Assembly: GCA_021323995.1 (NCBI GenBank)
Contig: JAJPJY010000091.1
Location: 1-47,254, forward strand
Direction: 5' to 3'
Length of the DNA: 47,254 nt
Source: a bacterium
GTDB lineage: Archaea > Thermoproteota > Bathyarchaeia > 40CM-2-53-6
The position numbers and the translations under genes are program-made. Of the stretch, positions 42,657-47,254 are shown piece by piece; the stretch's first letter is position 1, and the number at the start of each line of letters is the position of its first letter. Under the pieces are notes generated by a model. The model saw nothing but the letters and a program-made list of their open reading frames with translations, was not told the DNA's origin and ran no database searches.

Positions 42657-43658
42657 ATGTCGAATCCAGACCCGAACCAGTCAAGCGCAGGCGGTCCTGT
42701 CCCTACTTCCTCTCCAGGAGTGGACACTAGGCAAGGAAGAGGAAGTAAGGAAAAACTCGGAGGAGGAATGCACAACCTTGTCGCAAAGCTAACCCGGAAA
42801 ATGGTCTGGGTCTTCGCAGGAGTCATCTTCGCCGGAATCTTCTTCTGGGGCATCCTAGAAATAGCCACCCAAGGTCCTGCCCCGACCGTTGTCATCGCCG
42901 GAGCAACGGGACACTTCAGTATCGACCGGTTCCTACTTCTCGCTGGAATCGTCGGCCTAGTCCCGCCTGCCATCATGTACTACTTCGACTCCAAACGCCG
43001 AGACGCCATTGACAACAATATCCCCCACCTGATCCGTGACATTGCGGACGCAGGACGCAGTGGAATGACTCTAACACGAGCTATCGAGATATCGGCGGAA
43101 CGGGATTATGGACCGCTAACCACCGAGATCAAGAAGCTAATGGCAAAAATCAGTTTCCGTGTCCCGCTCGAAAGAGCACTCCAGTTCTTCGCAGACAGAA
43201 CCGGGACTATGCTATCCCGCAGAACCGCGATGCTTGTAGCAGAGGCAAACAAGTCCGGAGGAGACATACAGGAGAGTATGGAGTCGGTAGCAAAACACGT
43301 CCAGGAGATTCAATACCTGGAAAGAAAGCGACGAGCCACCCTAAGACCATTCATCGGGGTCATGTACATCAGCTTCGCGGTTTTCCTCGTAACAGTCTAC
43401 CTGCTCATCTCGAGCTTCTTCAAACAGCTAGCTAACACCAACTTCGGCGGAGGAGGCTCGATAGGCGGCGTTGGATTCAGTTTCGTCAGCCTACCGCTTC
43501 CCAAGATCACCGCAGTCTTCCTCTACATGGCAATGATTGAGGCAATGTTCGCAGGGCTAGTCGGCGGAAAGATGGCTACCGGCTACATCAGAGACGGTCT
43601 CAAACACGCTATATTGCTGATGATGATCTGCTTCATCACCTTTGTATTCTTCGTCTAA
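42657..43658 (+). CDS. second polytopic platform protein with one T2SSF (FlaJ/TadC-like) domain
   Basis: 333 aa with its own AGGAG 9-13 nt upstream. It reads IPHLIRDIADAGRSGMTLTRAIEISAE...MLVAEANKSGGDIQESMESVAKHV, followed by 3 TM helices. Confidence 0.78.
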   Translation: MSNPDPNQSSAGGPVPTSSPGVDTRQGRGSKEKLGGGMHNLVAKLTRKMVWVFAGVIFAGIFFWGILEIATQGPAPTVVIAGATGHFSIDRFLLLAGIVGLVPPAIMYYFDSKRRDAIDNNIPHLIRDIADAGRSGMTLTRAIEISAERDYGPLTTEIKKLMAKISFRVPLERALQFFADRTGTMLSRRTAMLVAEANKSGGDIQESMESVAKHVQEIQYLERKRRATLRPFIGVMYISFAVFLVTVYLLISSFFKQLANTNFGGGGSIGGVGFSFVSLPLPKITAVFLYMAMIEAMFAGLVGGKMATGYIRDGLKHAILLMMICFITFVFFV

Positions 43659-43725
43659 GTCCACACACCGCTTCGCGAGACGATTACTAGAGGCGTTTCC
43701 GCTCAGTCAGGTGACACAACAGACA

Positions 43726-44556
43726 ATGTCCATTGCAAACATGCCCGCGAGACTATGGCATGAACTGGTCAACACAAAGTGGTCAAAGAAAACCGTCTCT
43801 TGGGCTATAGCCTACATCTACACTCTCTACGTCGCCCTCAGCGCTATTCCCCCCCTCAAGGGTAACGTTGCTTTCTCAGTTACTGCCGCGTCTGGACTGC
43901 TTGTGGTACTCTACGTTTTCCACTCGTTCACTAACCTCAATCTGAAGACCGCTGGCATGTTCCTCATCATCGCGGCCGTCATCTCATATCTATGGGAATT
44001 CGTCGGGGTCGAAACGGGCATTCCTTTCGGTAGCTATTATTACACCAGTGCGCTCGGACCCCAGATTGGTCCAGTGCCCATCGCCATCCCTCTGATCTGG
44101 TGTGCTCTCGGATACTTCTGTCTGCAAGCCTCAGATCACTACATAATGGCCAGTGCATTGATGGTGTCTCTCGATCTGTCCTTTGATCCAGTATTCTCCG
44201 GTTCGCTTCACCTCTGGAACTGGACTGGTCCAACCCAGTATTTCGGGGTCCCGTGGACCAACTTCCTCGGTTGGTTCATCGCTTCATTGACTTTCTTCGG
44301 CGTCTTCTACTACACTACCAAGACACAGTTGAAGTTGTCAAAGCACGCCATCGTATTCTACTATCTCTTCGGACTTGACAATGTCATCGGTGACTTGGTC
44401 TCGGGTTCAGCTGCACTAGCAGCAGCGTCTTTCGTTATCTTTACTGTAGCAACCGGGATCATAATTCTACTTCACCGAAGTAAAGTTTCAAAGACTAGAG
44501 TGCCGCAGGCAGTGCAGGTAGCCGGTTCTACTCGGCAGCCTGTAGCCTCCCAGTAG
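43726..44556 (+). CDS. carotenoid-biosynthesis-protein family (PF04240/CruF-like, DUF422) membrane protein
   Basis: ~276 aa from ATG 43726 (the ORF track starts at TTG 43642). It is polytopic, with GIPFGSYYYT...PIAIPLIWCAL...FGVPWTNFLGWFIAS resembling this family. The assignment is tentative. Confidence 0.55.
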   Translation: MSIANMPARLWHELVNTKWSKKTVSWAIAYIYTLYVALSAIPPLKGNVAFSVTAASGLLVVLYVFHSFTNLNLKTAGMFLIIAAVISYLWEFVGVETGIPFGSYYYTSALGPQIGPVPIAIPLIWCALGYFCLQASDHYIMASALMVSLDLSFDPVFSGSLHLWNWTGPTQYFGVPWTNFLGWFIASLTFFGVFYYTTKTQLKLSKHAIVFYYLFGLDNVIGDLVSGSAALAAASFVIFTVATGIIILLHRSKVSKTRVPQAVQVAGSTRQPVASQ

Positions 44557-44646
44557 AAGCTACGGCACTTAGACGTCTCAGATATTTCCCGACAATAACA
44601 AAGAAAATGTAGAGAACGCTTCCGTTTGGAAGCGTCTCGCTTTTGG

Positions 44647-45474
44647 CTAGTCGACGAAGATTGTTTCTTTCGGAAAGACTTCGATGCCGTTGCCTGAGAT
44701 CTTGTATGGGCGTGGTTGCATGTCGATTGGCGTCTCTCGCATCTTCTCCACCTGTAAGACTCGGTTGTATGTCTTGCCGACTTTGGCGTTGGACAGTATG
44801 ACCACTCCGTGGGCTAGGTATTCTTCTAGCTGAATAGCGCGTTCGACCGTGGGACCCATCGCTCTGAGCTCTGTAGTCATGAGGCATGTCGCGCCTGTCT
44901 TCACGAGAGCGTCGACCAGGTCAAGTATGGCGGTTCTGCGTTCGACCATCTCGGGATACTGGAAGATCAGTGATGTGACGGGATCAACGACGACCCGTTT
45001 GGCATTGATTAGCTCGGTGTGGGTCTTTATTCCCTCGATCAGGCTTAGAATCGAAAAGTCTTTTCGTCCAATAGCTTGTCGTCCGATCTTGACTTCACCA
45101 GGCATGTGACGGAGCGGGGAGGCGTTGATGAACGCGAATTTTTTGCCCTTCTCGAGCTCTTCGAACTTCCATCCGAAGAGTGCCATTTCTCTATAGTAGT
45201 GGGACTTTGACTCGTCGAGGCTGACGAATGCTCCGTTCTCTCCGTATGTCTTGATCCCGTTCATTAAGAACTGGGATGTTAGAATAGTCTTGCCGGTTCC
45301 GGGTCCTCCAACGAGGAGTATGACTCTTCCTCGTGGAAATCCGCCGCTTAGAATCTCATCTAGTCCTGGTATCCCTGTGGGTGTTCTGTCAACCATTGGC
45401 ATTTTGCTCTTTACGCCCTGACTCTGAACTTCGTATCTTTCGGCCATGGTATAAATCGCTTCGGATTTCTCCAC
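44647..45474 (-). CDS. single-domain KaiC-like/RecA-superfamily ATPase
   Basis: 275 aa. It has TGIPGLDEILSGGFPRGRVILLVGGPGTGKT (Walker A) and RVVVDPVTSL (Walker B). Confidence 0.85.
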   Translation of the reverse strand: MEKSEAIYTMAERYEVQSQGVKSKMPMVDRTPTGIPGLDEILSGGFPRGRVILLVGGPGTGKTILTSQFLMNGIKTYGENGAFVSLDESKSHYYREMALFGWKFEELEKGKKFAFINASPLRHMPGEVKIGRQAIGRKDFSILSLIEGIKTHTELINAKRVVVDPVTSLIFQYPEMVERRTAILDLVDALVKTGATCLMTTELRAMGPTVERAIQLEEYLAHGVVILSNAKVGKTYNRVLQVEKMRETPIDMQPRPYKISGNGIEVFPKETIFVD

Positions 45475-45612
45475 TTCGAATGTTGTTTTGAACCCTATTG
45501 TTACCCCTGCACTACCACCATGGTAACGCCCTGTTTAGCAGAATTGGAATGTTGGGATTAGCGTCGGACTTCCAGGCCGCCCTCTCTGTGTGAGACCGAG
45601 TAACACTCGACG

Positions 45613-46662
45613 GTGGAACATGTGGCGCATCGAAAGAAGCACCAGTACGACCCCATGGTGCCACAACCGCTGCCTACGTTTGGGACGGTCCCGATTCTTC
45701 CTCACACGTTTCAGATAGTTCTTCGACTCTCGCGTCCTCGAACCTGGACTTTCGCCGCGTCCAGTTTTATCCTCGGTTACACACTTGCAGGGGGCTCATC
45801 GCTCTTCCAGATGGCGCTTGGTCTTGCAGTCGCGGGTCTCGTCACCGCAGCTACAAACGTTGTGAATGCCTTTGCAGACAGGAAAGAAGATGCTGTCAAC
45901 CAGCCTAGCAGGGTTCTCTGGGTCGACCAAATAGGAAGACATGGAACCATCGTCAGTGTATTCATCCTCTACGCCTTAGCCTTCGCCGCTTCTCTACTTC
46001 TCGGCCCGCTCTTCATGATCGTCCTCGCGGTAGGAATATTCAACTCCGTGTTCTACTCCATGCGGCCCTTCAGATTCAAATCAAGACCACTACTCAGCTT
46101 GATTTCCTTCTCGGGAGCTGTAGGTCTCGCATTTCTCAGCGGCGTCAGTATTGTTGGCTCGCTAAGCCTCCTCAATCCGGTCTTCTTGTTAGTCACCTAT
46201 TTCATGCTCACATATGGAACGGTGAAGAACCTTCCTGACTATTTCGGGGACAAGAAGGCCGGCACCAGGACAACGGCGACCGTTTTTCGAAATATTATCG
46301 GCGCGGTTAGATTCAGCACTATTCTCCTCTTCACGCCATATCTTCTTCTGGTCGGCCTAGTGGCAAATGGCCTTCTGGCCCCAATCTATCTCGCCGACCT
46401 CGGAATGGCAGTAATCCTAACGATTATCGTTGCAAGGATGCTCAAGTCGAAGTCATCTCAAGAGTTGGAGAAGACCCATACTATCGGATTTTTCTACGCT
46501 ATCTCATTCCTCCTCTTTACACTCGTCTTAACATCGCCAACGTTGGCCTCAATCGTAGTAATTCTCTCGGCGTATCTCTGGACGCTTCTCGTTTCGAGGG
46601 TCAGCTTGGATTCTAGAGTCGAGAAGCGTGATTGGGAGAAGCCTCGGAGGAAGAGCAGTTGA
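45613..46662 (+). CDS. UbiA-family aromatic/isoprenoid prenyltransferase
   Basis: 349 aa and polytopic. Motif 1 is NVVNAFADRKEDAVN (NxxxDxxxD) and motif 2 is LPDYFGDKKAG (DxxxD). Confidence 0.85.
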   Translation: MEHVAHRKKHQYDPMVPQPLPTFGTVPILPHTFQIVLRLSRPRTWTFAASSFILGYTLAGGSSLFQMALGLAVAGLVTAATNVVNAFADRKEDAVNQPSRVLWVDQIGRHGTIVSVFILYALAFAASLLLGPLFMIVLAVGIFNSVFYSMRPFRFKSRPLLSLISFSGAVGLAFLSGVSIVGSLSLLNPVFLLVTYFMLTYGTVKNLPDYFGDKKAGTRTTATVFRNIIGAVRFSTILLFTPYLLLVGLVANGLLAPIYLADLGMAVILTIIVARMLKSKSSQELEKTHTIGFFYAISFLLFTLVLTSPTLASIVVILSAYLWTLLVSRVSLDSRVEKRDWEKPRRKSS

Positions 46663-47254
46663 ACAATGCTCTAGCTACGAAAGAGTTCTCGTTCGATATT
46701 CTCAAAGGACTCATTATCAGTCCCGTATCGACGGGCTTCAACCTCGCGGTGATGGGACCTCCGGGGGTCGGCAAATCCACTCTCTGTCAAGAGCTTATCA
46801 GGGAAGCGTTCAAGTCAGGTCTTCGGTGTATCTACGTTATCACCAACAATCCGATCCCTCTCGTAAGGGAACAGCTTCGGGAGATGGGAGTTGCACCGGT
46901 CGCACGAAATGAACCGGTCATATTCGTCGACATGTACTCTTGGTTATTGGGCGAGAGGTCACCGGAGAGATTTCAGATCGACAACGCCTCGGACGTAGCC
47001 GCTCTCAGTGTCGTATTGTCGACCGCGGCAGAGACTGCAGGGGACAAGTCCTTCCTGATCTTCGATACACTTTCCACTCTGTTGGCATACAACTCCGAGG
47101 AGCTTACAATCCGATTCATGAAGTCGCATATTGCGAGGATGAAGAGACATGGCAACATCGGAGTCTATCCGATCGAGACAGGCATTCACAGCAACTCGTT
47201 CTACAATGAGGTCAAAGCAACCTTCGACGGGGTCCTAGAGCTAAAGCTTGAGGA
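46659..47254 (+). CDS. KaiC-like/RecA-superfamily ATPase, N-terminal ~198 aa; runs off the window end
   Basis: Not in the ORF track because there is no stop. Hand translation from the TTG that overlaps the UbiA stop (TTGA) gives LNNALATKEFSFDILKGLIISPVSTGFNLAVMGPPGVGKSTLCQELI...KSFLIFDTLSTLL. These supply Walker A and Walker B, and the frame is open to 47254. Confidence 0.68.
   Translation, partial: MNNALATKEFSFDILKGLIISPVSTGFNLAVMGPPGVGKSTLCQELIREAFKSGLRCIYVITNNPIPLVREQLREMGVAPVARNEPVIFVDMYSWLLGERSPERFQIDNASDVAALSVVLSTAAETAGDKSFLIFDTLSTLLAYNSEELTIRFMKSHIARMKRHGNIGVYPIETGIHSNSFYNEVKATFDGVLELKLE

Noticed and set aside
1-47254. A scan for CRISPR arrays, rRNA genes, IS elements with terminal inverted repeats, and additional tRNAs in intergenic regions.
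   Set aside because: No regularly spaced repeat array, rRNA-like sequence or transposase ORF was seen by eye. The only convincing RNA gene is the tRNA at 30635-30781. A computational repeat or ncRNA scan could still find small features I missed.

Overview
The window is archaeal and probably comes from a TACK/Thermoproteota-type lineage. The markers are an Elf1 homolog, TiaS, a Tes-like radical-SAM protein, class III signal-peptide pilins, and a tRNA with introns at non-canonical positions. Coordinates 1-8.0 kb are core genome: nuoB(partial)-nuoC-nuoD-nuoI, followed directly by an FrhB/FpoF-family F420 flavoprotein. After that come a few zinc-finger and membrane orphans, then serS and a VIT1/CCC1 transporter. 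Coordinates ~8.15-23.7 kb look like a ~15.5 kb integrated element. It is bracketed by an 18/20 direct repeat with a 13-nt exact core and ends in a tyrosine integrase. It carries a long co-directional train of tightly coupled small genes, many with zinc ribbons. It also encodes a NYN-domain protein, an HK97-type prohead protease fused to a long disordered region, and an adjacent low-complexity protein. Its cargo includes a type II R-M pair with a B3-like small protein and a DUF2130-like protein. I could not recognise a capsid, portal, terminase or replication gene in it. Coordinates 23.7-32.5 kb are core again: long-tailed Elf1, the Tes-like radical SAM protein, an MDR oxidoreductase, tiaS, and an initiator tRNA-Met split by three non-canonical insertions. 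Coordinates 32.5-43.7 kb hold the most unusual system, a type IV filament locus. Its gene order is prepilin peptidase, TrmB, two near-duplicate pilins and two larger pilin-like proteins. These are followed by a Q/N/Y-rich KaiC-like ATPase, a Walker-A-less KaiC-like partner, a FlaI-type ATPase, and a membrane platform split into two genes. The order resembles an archaellum, but the parts are pilin-like. The right end has two more KaiC-like ATPases, a CruF-like protein and a UbiA prenyltransferase. No CRISPR array or rRNA was seen. All calls come from reading motifs by eye and no searches were run.
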